Shown here in pieces: positions 10,068 to 18,910 of a stretch of 57,836 nucleotides of DNA. The stretch is from assembly GCA_011052215.1 (NCBI GenBank), contig DRJK01000167.1, positions 1 through 57,836 of the forward strand, written 5' to 3'. The translations under genes were made by a program, and so were the position numbers. Numbering within the stretch: the stretch's first letter is position 1; every line of letters starts with the position of its first letter. The stretch comes from Gammaproteobacteria bacterium. GTDB taxonomy: Bacteria > Pseudomonadota > Gammaproteobacteria > JAADHQ01. Under the pieces are notes generated by a model. The model searched no databases. It saw nothing but the letters and a program-made list of their open reading frames with translations, and was not told the DNA's origin.

Positions 10068-11582
10068 ATGAGCGAGAACCAGAAATCAGATCAGCAGGCC
10101 AGTCAGGAAGAAAACAAACTGATTGCAGAGCGTCGGGCCAAATTAGCCGGCATACGCGAAAAAGGTAATGCATTTCCAAATGATTTTCGCCGCAATGTTG
10201 TTGCGGGGGAGTTGCACTCGGAATATGACAATAAAACAAAGGATGAACTTGAAAAACTGAATATTCGGGTTGTTGTTGCAGGACGTATGATGCTTAAACG
10301 TGTTATGGGTAAGGCCAGTTTTGCAACCGTGCAGGACATGTCCGGTCGTATCCAGTTTTATATCGTTCGTGATGAGCTGGCAGAGGGTGTCTATAACGAA
10401 CAGTTCAAAAAATGGGATATTGGCGACATCATTGGTGGCGAAGGTGTGCTAATGAAAACCAACAAGGGTGAACTTTCTGTCAAGGTAGATAACATCCGGC
10501 TTTTGACCAAGGCGCTTCGACCCTTACCGGAAAAATTCAAGGGACTGACTGATACCGAGGCGCGCTATCGCCAGCGATATATCGACCTGATCATGAATGA
10601 CGTTACGCGCCATACTTTTCAGACACGTAACCGGATCATTACCTATATTCGTAACTTCCTGAATGACAGGAATTTCATGGAAGTGGAAACACCCATGATG
10701 CAGGTGATCCCCGGAGGTGCCACGGCAAAACCGTTTACAACATTTCATAATGCACTCAATATGGATTTGTTTCTGCGTATCGCACCGGAGCTTTATCTGA
10801 AAAGACTGGTAGTCGGTGGCTTTGAAAAGGTCTATGAAATTAACCGCAATTTCCGTAATGAGGGGTTATCGACACGCCATAATCCTGAATTTACAATGAT
10901 CGAGTTTTATGAGGCCTATGCTGATTACAACGACTTGATGAACCTGACCGAGGAAATGCTGCGAGGCATTGCAGAAGATGTAATCGGTTCAACCACAATT
11001 CATTATCAGGGTGATGATTACGACTTTGGCAAGCCATTCGACAGAATGACCGTTAAGGAATCCATCCTGTATTTTAATGACGGCATCACAGCAGAAATTC
11101 TGGATAATCCGGATGGCGCACGCGAAATTGCAGCAGGGCTGGATATATCGTTAAAGGAAAGCTATGGCCCGGGCAAGGTGCAAATAGAGATCTTTGAAAA
11201 AACAGTCGAACATCGCCTGATGAATCCGACTTTTATTACGGCCTATCCTACTGAGGTATCACCACTTGCCAGGCGAAACGATGATGATCCTTTTGTAACG
11301 GATCGTTTTGAATTTTTTGTTGGTGGTCGTGAAGTGGCCAATGGTTTTTCGGAGTTGAACGATGCCGAAGATCAGGCAGAACGATTCAGAAAACAGGTAG
11401 AGGAAAAAGACGCAGGTGATGAAGAGGCCATGCATTTTGATGCCGACTATATCTGTGCGCTTGAGCATGGTATGCCGCCCACGGCAGGTGAGGGTATTGG
11501 TATCGATCGACTGGTAATGCTGTTTACCGATTCACCCTCGATCAGGGACGTGTTACTGTTTCCTCATATGCGGCCTGAATAA
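10068..11582 (+). CDS. lysS: Lysine--tRNA ligase (class II)
   Basis: 504 aa. Motifs [20 protein letters not shown] and [12 protein letters not shown]. prfB-lysS synteny. Confidence 0.97.
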   Translation: MSENQKSDQQASQEENKLIAERRAKLAGIREKGNAFPNDFRRNVVAGELHSEYDNKTKDELEKLNIRVVVAGRMMLKRVMGKASFATVQDMSGRIQFYIVRDELAEGVYNEQFKKWDIGDIIGGEGVLMKTNKGELSVKVDNIRLLTKALRPLPEKFKGLTDTEARYRQRYIDLIMNDVTRHTFQTRNRIITYIRNFLNDRNFMEVETPMMQVIPGGATAKPFTTFHNALNMDLFLRIAPELYLKRLVVGGFEKVYEINRNFRNEGLSTRHNPEFTMIEFYEAYADYNDLMNLTEEMLRGIAEDVIGSTTIHYQGDDYDFGKPFDRMTVKESILYFNDGITAEILDNPDGAREIAAGLDISLKESYGPGKVQIEIFEKTVEHRLMNPTFITAYPTEVSPLARRNDDDPFVTDRFEFFVGGREVANGFSELNDAEDQAERFRKQVEEKDAGDEEAMHFDADYICALEHGMPPTAGEGIGIDRLVMLFTDSPSIRDVLLFPHMRPE

Positions 11583-11600
11583 ACAATAAGGTTCCTGGGA

Positions 11601-11702
11601 GGCCCGGCTGCCGCATCCGTGCGGCAGACGGCCTTGATTCGGCTTACCGGTTCCATGTCCTCACATCTATATGTGCTTCATAAAGTTAACGGGACAGTAG
11701 TG
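11601..11702 (-). mobile_element. MITE-like element family 1, copy c (arm-A half element)
   Basis: GGCTGCCGC-ATCCGT-GCGGCAGACGGCC hairpin, then CTTGATTCGGCTTACCGGTTCCATGTCCTCACAT...CATAAAGTTAACGGGACAGTAGTG. Begins 19 nt after the lysS stop. Confidence 0.8.
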
Positions 11703-11718
11703 GGTGTAATCTGAAGAA

Positions 11719-12147
11719 TTACCTGGAAAAATCCGTTGCATATTTGTTAATCCATTCAAGCGCAGCCTCCTGGCTTGTTAAATCACGATTCTGCAGTTTC
11801 AGGACATCCTTGCGGTACTGTTCAATATGGCAAACCTGTTCAACCATCCGGATGCGAAAAAGGGCATCCTTTTCCAGAAAGGATACGCCGATCTCGTACC
11901 CCGTTGTTAATTCATGACACCAGATGACACGTGCAGACTCCTCGAAACGGGGTTTGGTCAGCTTGATTGTCAAGGTAACGATATGATCGACTTGCAGGGC
12001 ACTCGCAGACTGAAAAGACAGGCCATCACAACTGATATCATGTGTGTATTCGGTTGATTTTTCTACAGATGTTGAACTGCTGATCTCGATGGGAATTTCA
12101 GCGGGATGCCTGAAATGCTGGCGCCTTGTATTATGTGATGGTTGCAT
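11719..12147 (-). CDS. PilZ domain (c-di-GMP binding) protein
   Basis: 142 aa. RRQHFR and DISCDGLSF match the PilZ RxxxR and D/NxSxxG motifs. Confidence 0.85.
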   Translation of the reverse strand: MQPSHNTRRQHFRHPAEIPIEISSSTSVEKSTEYTHDISCDGLSFQSASALQVDHIVTLTIKLTKPRFEESARVIWCHELTTGYEIGVSFLEKDALFRIRMVEQVCHIEQYRKDVLKLQNRDLTSQEAALEWINKYATDFSR

Positions 12148-12249
12148 GATTTAATCTCCGACATGCCTGTATTATTAATAGTAGACAATATTAATAGGAA
12201 ATAACAGGTTTCAAGGGCCGGGACGTGACAATTTAACGAGGGAGAAAAA

Positions 12250-12471
12250 ATGGTTTCCAGTAAAGCCACATCTGCCGACCCAAAGGTATGTCCGCTGTGT
12301 GGTAAAGCAAATGAATGTGCAATGGCAGAAAACCAGGGGAAAAAGGAGGTGTCTTGCTGGTGTAGCACTGAAAATATTCCCGAAAATCTGCTTGCCAGGG
12401 TACCTGAGTCTGCAATCAGGCGCGCCTGTATCTGCAGGAATTGTATAGCCCTTCATAAAGGGGATGAGTAA
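12250..12471 (+). CDS. Cysteine-rich CWC family small protein
   Basis: 73 aa. Cysteine pattern CPLCG..NEC...SCWC...CICRNC. ATG preceded by GAGGGAG. Confidence 0.7.
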   Translation: MVSSKATSADPKVCPLCGKANECAMAENQGKKEVSCWCSTENIPENLLARVPESAIRRACICRNCIALHKGDE

Positions 12472-12570
12472 GGCGTTACATGTCTGATATGTACCTGAAT
12501 ATTCGTGGGTGTTTCAATGGATGGGCAGAACAGAATGCTGGTTTCATGTACTCATATTTATATGCGTTTT

Positions 12571-12806
12571 CACGGCTGTCCCGTTAACCTGTAATGAATA
12601 TAGTTGAAACATAAGTGGCAAGTACTTTTGAGCCAGGTTGAGCAACCCGGACATGAAACCGGCAAGCCTGATCAAGACACGCAAAACATGCCATCCATGG
12701 CGGCTCGGTTGCCGCGTCCGTGCGGCAGACGGTCTTGATCAGTCTTACCGATTCCATGTCCTCACATTGTTATGTGCTTCATAAAGTTAACGGGACATTA
12801 GCAGTG
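12571..12806 (-). mobile_element. MITE-like element family 1, copy d (full length)
   Basis: 236 bp. CACGGCTGTCCCGTTAAC ... TTGCCGC-GTCCGT-GCGGCAG ... GTTAACGGGACATTAGCAGTG. A decayed arm-A-like fragment (GGTTTCATGTACTCATATTTATATGCGTTTT, about 12536..12570) abuts the left end. Confidence 0.88.
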
Positions 12807-12816
12807 GCTCGAATAG

Positions 12817-15222
12817 TTAATTTGTAGCAGCCGGTTCGACTTCTGGCTGATTATTTATCAACCAGTCATTGAGATCTTTCAGCGGCATGGGTTTTGCGAA
12901 ATAGTAGCCTTGTGCAAAACTGCAGCCAAGCTCTCTCAGCATGGTTAATGTTTGAATGTCTTCTATCCCTTCAGCGACGACCGTCAGGTTCATGTGTTTT
13001 GCAAGAACCAGAATAGCACGAACTACCGCCTCCTCTTTATTGTTATATACCAGTTCCTGTATAAACGTTTTGTCTATTTTTATTTCATCCACAGGCAGAT
13101 CCTTGATGTGAGCCAGAGAGGTATAACCGGTACCAAAATCATCAATTGAAATGGAAACATTCATTGAAGATAATCTGTTTAATATCAGGGAGGCATATTC
13201 ATGATCACCCATAATGGCACTTTCTGTTAATTCCAGAACCAGATATTCAGGTGGAATGGAATATTTCTCGAGAGTACCTTTGATAGTGCTTGCGATACTC
13301 TGATCACGCAAGTTGATGCGTGACAGGTTTATTGACAGGTCCTTGATATAACCACTGGACAGAAAGCCGGCACATTCTTTCAATGCATTATCAAGGACCC
13401 ATTCAGTAATATTGAGAATTTTCCCTGTTTGTTCAGCAATGGGGATGAAATCAACAGGAGAAATAATTCCATACTGTGGATGGTTCCAGCGTATTAATGC
13501 CTCTACACCATAGGTTTTGAAAGTGTTGATATCCACCTTTGGCTGGTAGTAAAGTTCCATTTCGTCATTGTCAATAGATTTCAGCAAATCCTGTTCAAGT
13601 TTCAAATAACGAAGGTTGTTCCTGTCCTGCTTTTCTTCATATATAGTAAAACCGTTGCTTGTATTTTTAGCATGGTACATGGCCACGTCTGCATGGCGAA
13701 TAAGTGTGTTGATATCTTTTCCATGTTTTGGACATAAAGCGATGCCGATGCTCGCACCAATTGACAAGTGGTGATCACCCAGAATAAATGGTTTGTTCAG
13801 CTCGGATATTATTTTTTCTGCGACTATTTTTGAATTTTCAGTGTTGTTAATACTTGTGCAGATCAGGGCAAATTCATCGCCACCCAGTCGTGCAACGATA
13901 TCCCCTTTTTTGTTATTTTTATATTGGTTATCCAGTTTTGTTACAAGATCATCCTTGCGCAAAACGTTGTGCAGCCTGACGCTTACCTCTTTTAATAATT
14001 CATCTCCAACATGGTGTCCCAATGTATCATTAACAATCTTGAACCTGTCAAGATCCAGTAGTAATACAGCAAACGGTTTCTTTTCATGGTTATAAACATT
14101 AACGAAGTCCTGAATTCTATTTTGAAAGAGATTGCGGTTTGGTAGTTTTGTCAATGAATCCGTGTAGGCCATATTTTCCAGTATTTCATATAGCTCCTTG
14201 AGCCTGGAAGACATTTCGTTAAAGCCCTGTGTCAGTATCCTTATTTCCTTTGTTCCGCTGACTTCGAGTTGTTCCCCGATGATAGATTGATCATTCTGTA
14301 GCTGGTGCAGCTTTCTCGTCAGTTTATATAATGGTTGGGTAGTTGTTTTCCGTATCAGGTAGAGCGCAAGTAATACGATGGTGAAAGTTGTGCTACCGGC
14401 AATTATCAGTACCAGTAAGCGGGTATTCCTGAGGCTCTGGGAGAGTTTTTTGAGATCCTGTGCAATGGTGAGGGTAAGTAAAGGGTCGCCCGAATTAGTG
14501 TTGATTTTATAGTCTACCCGATAGGCATAGTTGATATCATTTTTGTTTGGCCACCTTGGTGAGGTAAATACAGGTTTGCCATCGGGTAATTTTATTTGAA
14601 GCGGCAATCCAAGCGCCATTTCTATCGGTTTCAGGCTGATCGCGGGGTCAGTCAGCACCAGCAGATACCCCTTTAACCGCAGCCCGCCAACCGGAACCAG
14701 AACCGCGTGCAGCGGATCGTTATCAACCTTGCAGAGGCCATCCAGTATAATGAACCGCTGTCGACCTGTCCGTTTACGTGCTGCCCTTGTAATAGACGGA
14801 CATATTTTGTCAATACGTTTTTTTGATAATAGTTTGCCTTCTGTGGATTCCGTGATTATGCCCATTTTTTTATTGAATAAAACCAGTTTTTCCAGTTTTA
14901 TGACCCCTGCTGTTACAAAATACTGGTGAAACTGATTATTGAGTAACTCAACCAGTTTTTCCTTATCAAGATTTTTCAGGGCCAGACGAAAGTCGTCACT
15001 ATTTTGAAGCGACAGGCCCAGATCCTGTGATTTTGTTTTTAACCCATCCAGTAAATCCCTGGTTTTGAGTCGAATCATTTCTTTCATCATTTCCTTGTTA
15101 TTCGCAAGTACCTGATCCTGATGGATGGAGCCACTTGAGATGGCCAGTAGCAGTGCGAGTAATCCCATGAGTCCTATTATGGAACTCAGGATTAACCTGA
15201 CTGAGGGGACAAAAGAACGCAT
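12817..15222 (-). CDS. Membrane sensor diguanylate cyclase/phosphodiesterase (periplasmic domain-HAMP-GGDEF-EAL)
   Basis: 801 aa. N-terminal TM helix, a periplasmic stretch of about 250 aa, a second TM helix and HAMP. GGDEF motif RLGGDEFAL. EAL motifs GVEALIRW and DDFGTGYTSL. Confidence 0.93.
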   Translation of the reverse strand: MRSFVPSVRLILSSIIGLMGLLALLLAISSGSIHQDQVLANNKEMMKEMIRLKTRDLLDGLKTKSQDLGLSLQNSDDFRLALKNLDKEKLVELLNNQFHQYFVTAGVIKLEKLVLFNKKMGIITESTEGKLLSKKRIDKICPSITRAARKRTGRQRFIILDGLCKVDNDPLHAVLVPVGGLRLKGYLLVLTDPAISLKPIEMALGLPLQIKLPDGKPVFTSPRWPNKNDINYAYRVDYKINTNSGDPLLTLTIAQDLKKLSQSLRNTRLLVLIIAGSTTFTIVLLALYLIRKTTTQPLYKLTRKLHQLQNDQSIIGEQLEVSGTKEIRILTQGFNEMSSRLKELYEILENMAYTDSLTKLPNRNLFQNRIQDFVNVYNHEKKPFAVLLLDLDRFKIVNDTLGHHVGDELLKEVSVRLHNVLRKDDLVTKLDNQYKNNKKGDIVARLGGDEFALICTSINNTENSKIVAEKIISELNKPFILGDHHLSIGASIGIALCPKHGKDINTLIRHADVAMYHAKNTSNGFTIYEEKQDRNNLRYLKLEQDLLKSIDNDEMELYYQPKVDINTFKTYGVEALIRWNHPQYGIISPVDFIPIAEQTGKILNITEWVLDNALKECAGFLSSGYIKDLSINLSRINLRDQSIASTIKGTLEKYSIPPEYLVLELTESAIMGDHEYASLILNRLSSMNVSISIDDFGTGYTSLAHIKDLPVDEIKIDKTFIQELVYNNKEEAVVRAILVLAKHMNLTVVAEGIEDIQTLTMLRELGCSFAQGYYFAKPMPLKDLNDWLINNQPEVEPAATN

Positions 15223-15233
15223 TATAAATAATA

Positions 15234-15674
15234 TTAACTTTTAACGAAGGGCAGGTTTTTGCTTTTCCATTCTTCAAAACCACCCCTGAACCAGTAAATA
15301 TTATTGTATCCACATTTAAGGGCGACACGGGATGATTTGACACTACGGCCACATTTGATGCCATTGCAATAAAACAATACAGGGGAGTCTTTTTTCTTGA
15401 TGAGCTTTTTCAGTGTTGCGCAATTGGTTTCCACATCCGGGAGACTGATTGAGCCTTCAATATATCCATGTTTCCTGTCCATGCGAATTCTTGCATCAAT
15501 GATAAGCAGGTCATCTATTTTACCAAAAAGATCCAGCACTTCCTCTGCGCTTACGCGGGTTGTTCCGGGTATATTTTCCGGGGCCAGTTTTTTTTCTGCA
15601 AAGATACTGGACTGCATGCCCGCGATCAGAATGAAGCAGAGTAGTATTTGAGAAAATGACGGCTGAAATTTCAT
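15234..15674 (-). CDS. Secreted rhodanese-like sulfurtransferase domain protein
   Basis: 146 aa. Signal peptide MKFQPSFSQILLCFILIAGMQSSIFA. Rhodanese active-site loop YCNGIKCGRS. RBS GGGAGG. The stop lies 11 nt before the GGDEF-EAL start. Confidence 0.85.
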   Translation of the reverse strand: MKFQPSFSQILLCFILIAGMQSSIFAEKKLAPENIPGTTRVSAEEVLDLFGKIDDLLIIDARIRMDRKHGYIEGSISLPDVETNCATLKKLIKKKDSPVLFYCNGIKCGRSVKSSRVALKCGYNNIYWFRGGFEEWKSKNLPFVKS

Positions 15675-15873
15675 GTTGTCGCCTCCCTGTTTGTTGGTGC
15701 CGTTATCCCGGATATTGAATCAGCCGGGAAGGATTGCGCTTGAAAACCCTTACTGCCACCATTAATCCGAAGTAATTTCATGACAGGTATTTTGCTGAAT
15801 TCGTGTCTTGAACAAGTATAGTATATGAAGCTGGTGTCATCATGGCTTGCATGTATTTAAGCAAGTATTAATA

Positions 15874-15985
15874 CACTTCTGTCCCGTTAACTTTATGAAG
15901 CACATAACAATGTGCGGGTTAGCCCGAAATACACTTATCGCTTACATTTCAACTATATTCATCACAGGTTAACTGGACAGCAGTG
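15874..15985 (+). mobile_element. MITE-like element family 1, copy e (short, internally deleted form)
   Basis: 112 bp. CACTTCTGTCCCGTTAACTTTATGAAGCACATAACAATGTG is joined directly to CGGGTTAGCC...CATTTCAACTATATTCATCACAGGTTAACTGGACAGCAGTG. Flanking 9-mers GTATTAATA / ATATTAATA match 8/9. Confidence 0.85.
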
Positions 15986-16093
15986 ATATTAATATAATTT
16001 AACACACATGAAACGGGGCCAATATCTGCAGCAAATGACCCGAACTATGCGGGTTAACAAATACCATGCTGATGCCTGCAGGGGCGTGTATTG

Positions 16094-16936
16094 TCAGGAT
16101 AATATGGCCTGGATTTCTTCCAGACTTTCCTTGTTCTCTTCAATATCAACGATATTGATTTCCGGCTCAATCCCCAGCCTTTTAAATGCCGGAACAGTTT
16201 TCCAGTCCAGATCAGCATGATCATGATCATGCTCGTCACCGATCAGACTGTGCAGGTTGGCGACGATCACAATATCGACCATGTCATAGTCATCTGTTCC
16301 CGGGTCGCGTACCAGGTTTTCATGTTGGGCAGCCACATCTACCATGGCTTGTGGAAAACCCCAGTCCCTGAGGATTTTCTCACCAATAATGGGGTGCAAT
16401 TTTGAAATTATCTTATCAAGGAGTACGGGGTCGTTGCGTAGCTCCGGTATATCTTCTGCATGAACAATGATGGGCAAGGTTCCAATATCATGTATCAGGC
16501 CTGCCAGCATGGCCTGATCACTGGACAGCTTTGTGGCTGCTGACAGAACATAGGATATGGATGCAACGGTGGTAGAATGTTCCCAGGTACGGCGCATTTT
16601 TTTATCAAGGACGTCGGATGTGGCCTGGAACATTTGCTGCATAACCAGACTACTGACCAGATTTTTTACCTGCGTATCACCCAGCCTTGATATTGCAGTT
16701 TGCAAGTCTTCAATGGGGCTGCGTGTCCGGTAGAGCGGGCTGTTGCACACCTGTAAAAGGCGTGCAGAGATCGCGGCATCGCTACTGATTACCCGGGTAA
16801 TTTCACCTATGGTTGCACCTTCATTTTCAACGGCATCCCTTACCCTGAGAGCGACTTCAGGCAAAGTTGGAAGTATCAGTCTGTTCTCGTTCAGATCGCC
16901 AAGAAAGCCTTCCAGTATCTGTTCTTCTGTATTCAT
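16094..16936 (-). CDS. HDOD domain signalling protein
   Basis: The ORF-track start 16990 is TTG and overlaps ygfZ. ATG 16936 (MNTEEQILEGF) gives 280 aa. HDOD region LPTLPEVALRVRDAV...ISSDAAISARLLQVCNSPLY and motif GLIHDIGTLP. The start codon choice is uncertain. Confidence 0.85.
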   Translation of the reverse strand: MNTEEQILEGFLGDLNENRLILPTLPEVALRVRDAVENEGATIGEITRVISSDAAISARLLQVCNSPLYRTRSPIEDLQTAISRLGDTQVKNLVSSLVMQQMFQATSDVLDKKMRRTWEHSTTVASISYVLSAATKLSSDQAMLAGLIHDIGTLPIIVHAEDIPELRNDPVLLDKIISKLHPIIGEKILRDWGFPQAMVDVAAQHENLVRDPGTDDYDMVDIVIVANLHSLIGDEHDHDHADLDWKTVPAFKRLGIEPEINIVDIEENKESLEEIQAILS

Positions 16937-16967
16937 ACTTGCAGTACCTTTTAATCCCGGTTTCGGG

Positions 16968-18023
16968 TCAGGTCTTTTCTTCAGATTCAAATGGATAGGG
17001 TAAATCCATGAAGCCCAGCTCAGGTCCCGACCGGTCGGTTAAATGTATCGTGTCAGATTTGACTGCACTTATTTCTATAACGGCCAAAAGATCAAATCCT
17101 CCATCGGGAGAGGCAGAAACATTGACAATCTTCCCGGCTCCCTGGCCACTTCGGGAAGATGCCGAAAACAGGGCGTCACCTTCATTGGGTCGTTCCATAC
17201 AATCGACATGGGCCAGGTACATGCGCCGCTTCAATTTGCCCAGGTATTGCATTCTGGCAACGATTTCCTGTCCTGTGTAGCAGCCTTTTTTGAAACTGAC
17301 ACCATTAATCAGTTGCATGTTGATCATTTGAGGAACAAATGCGTCTACTGTGGACGGGGTAATCAGTGGCAAACCATTCTGAATACTGAGCCATGACCAG
17401 ACTTCAGGGCCCACAGGTGTTCCGCGGACATCGAGCGCCTTCCATAGTCCGATTATCTTTTCCATCGGACCAAGTATTTCGAAGCGGGGATTTTTGCCGG
17501 GGAGTCGTATTATGGTCAGTTCATCTTCATGGCAGGAAGAAAAATGTTCAGTGGGGACATCTCCCGGTTGATCAGATAACTCTTTCTCTGCATTCGGGCC
17601 GCTGTAACCGATGTGAATCTGGCTTTCGCTGATATCCTCAATGACAACCTTTGACATCAGAACAAACATTTTCAATCTTTTTACCGTCTCCTCAATAAGT
17701 GCCTTTGGCAGCCGGAGGAAATAGCTGTCCTGGTGTCTGAATATCAAAAAATTGGACAACAATCGCCCTTTGGGGCTGCAGTATCCGCTTAGTTGTGTAT
17801 GTTTGTCATCAACATCACGAATATCATTGGTAAACTGCCCCTGAAGGAATTGCTCGGCATCATCCCCGCGGATAGCAATAAGTCCGGTAAAGGAAAGGTC
17901 AGTAAGGATGTCACCGTTTGAGGCCAGTTTGAGTTCACGAACCGGGTTGCCAAAACTGATTAAAATGCCATCCTTATATTCTGCGCCACTGTGGGCAAGA
18001 AAATTGTTCCAGTCTTGTTTCAT
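16968..18023 (-). CDS. ygfZ: Folate-binding Fe-S cluster repair / tRNA-modification protein YgfZ
   Basis: 351 aa. YgfZ/CAF17 signature KKGCYTGQEIVARMQYLGKLKRRMY. Confidence 0.9.
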   Translation of the reverse strand: MKQDWNNFLAHSGAEYKDGILISFGNPVRELKLASNGDILTDLSFTGLIAIRGDDAEQFLQGQFTNDIRDVDDKHTQLSGYCSPKGRLLSNFLIFRHQDSYFLRLPKALIEETVKRLKMFVLMSKVVIEDISESQIHIGYSGPNAEKELSDQPGDVPTEHFSSCHEDELTIIRLPGKNPRFEILGPMEKIIGLWKALDVRGTPVGPEVWSWLSIQNGLPLITPSTVDAFVPQMINMQLINGVSFKKGCYTGQEIVARMQYLGKLKRRMYLAHVDCMERPNEGDALFSASSRSGQGAGKIVNVSASPDGGFDLLAVIEISAVKSDTIHLTDRSGPELGFMDLPYPFESEEKT

Positions 18024-18188
18024 ATGAAATACTCTAAATTGTCCAGAAGGCTGTTGTCCCCGTCATTAACGACTCCGGCAGGGATTATCTGAATGTAAAA
18101 AATAATAGCAATTTATATAATGACTTGCGTTAATCTGTCAGTATACTAAGTTATACGTTAATGGGAATATCTATCTCCAAGGGTGTGA

Positions 18189-18572
18189 ATGTATAGTAAA
18201 AGCAGACGGCCGGTTTTTCTTAACCTGCTCAAAATAAAGTTACCTCCAATGGCCATTGCCTCTATTTTACATCGAATAGCGGGTGTCCTGATTATTCTCT
18301 CTCTGCCATTTCTGATTTATTTGTTTGACTTGTCTTTACAAAATGAGACCAGCTTTAACGATGTAATCGTCATCACATCCAATATTATCGTCCGTGTGTA
18401 TTTATACCTGCTTCTTTGGGCAATCTCACATCACTTTGTGGCCGGTATTCGTTATTTTCTTGTTGACCTGGATCTGATAGCCGGACGATGTGCGGCACGG
18501 GTGACTTCTGGCATTGTCATTGTCGCTGGCATCCTGATTCCTTTTGCTGTTTATGTGAGCAAGCTGCAATGA
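18189..18572 (+). CDS. sdhC: Succinate dehydrogenase cytochrome b556 subunit
   Basis: 127 aa with three TM helices and an HR heme-ligand region (ILHRIAGV). First gene of the sdhCDAB order. Confidence 0.9.
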   Translation: MYSKSRRPVFLNLLKIKLPPMAIASILHRIAGVLIILSLPFLIYLFDLSLQNETSFNDVIVITSNIIVRVYLYLLLWAISHHFVAGIRYFLVDLDLIAGRCAARVTSGIVIVAGILIPFAVYVSKLQ

Positions 18573-18910
18573 GCCGCAGGGTGCAAGGCCTGGATTCATG
18601 GTTATGGCAGAGGATTAGCGCACTCTATCTCGGCTTGTTCCTGATTTATTTTATAACCGGTCTGTTGCTGATGGGACAGTTTACCTATTCTGCATGGCAG
18701 GGCTGGATTCTACACCCGATAAACAGTACGTTTCTGTTTATCGGTTTTCTTATGCTTTTTTTACATTCATGGGTGGGTCTCAAGGATGTCATTATGGATT
18801 ATATTCACCCGGTGGCTATCAGGGCGCTGGTTTTGATGTTATCAGGGCTGGGTTTGTTGTTTTGTCTGGTTTGGGTATCACGGATACTGTTTATGGCAAT
18901 AATGCGATGA
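18569..18910 (+). CDS. sdhD: Succinate dehydrogenase hydrophobic membrane anchor subunit
   Basis: The ORF-track start 18488 overlaps sdhC. ATG 18569 overlaps the sdhC stop (ATGA) and gives 113 aa ([18 protein letters not shown]...). Confidence 0.88.
   Translation: MSRRVQGLDSWLWQRISALYLGLFLIYFITGLLLMGQFTYSAWQGWILHPINSTFLFIGFLMLFLHSWVGLKDVIMDYIHPVAIRALVLMLSGLGLLFCLVWVSRILFMAIMR

Noticed and set aside
12063-12456. Three small minus-strand ORFs (60-101 aa) overlapping the PilZ start region and the CWC gene.
   Set aside because: They are mutually overlapping with no motifs and poor starts. The + strand CWC ORF has an RBS and a family-typical cysteine pattern.
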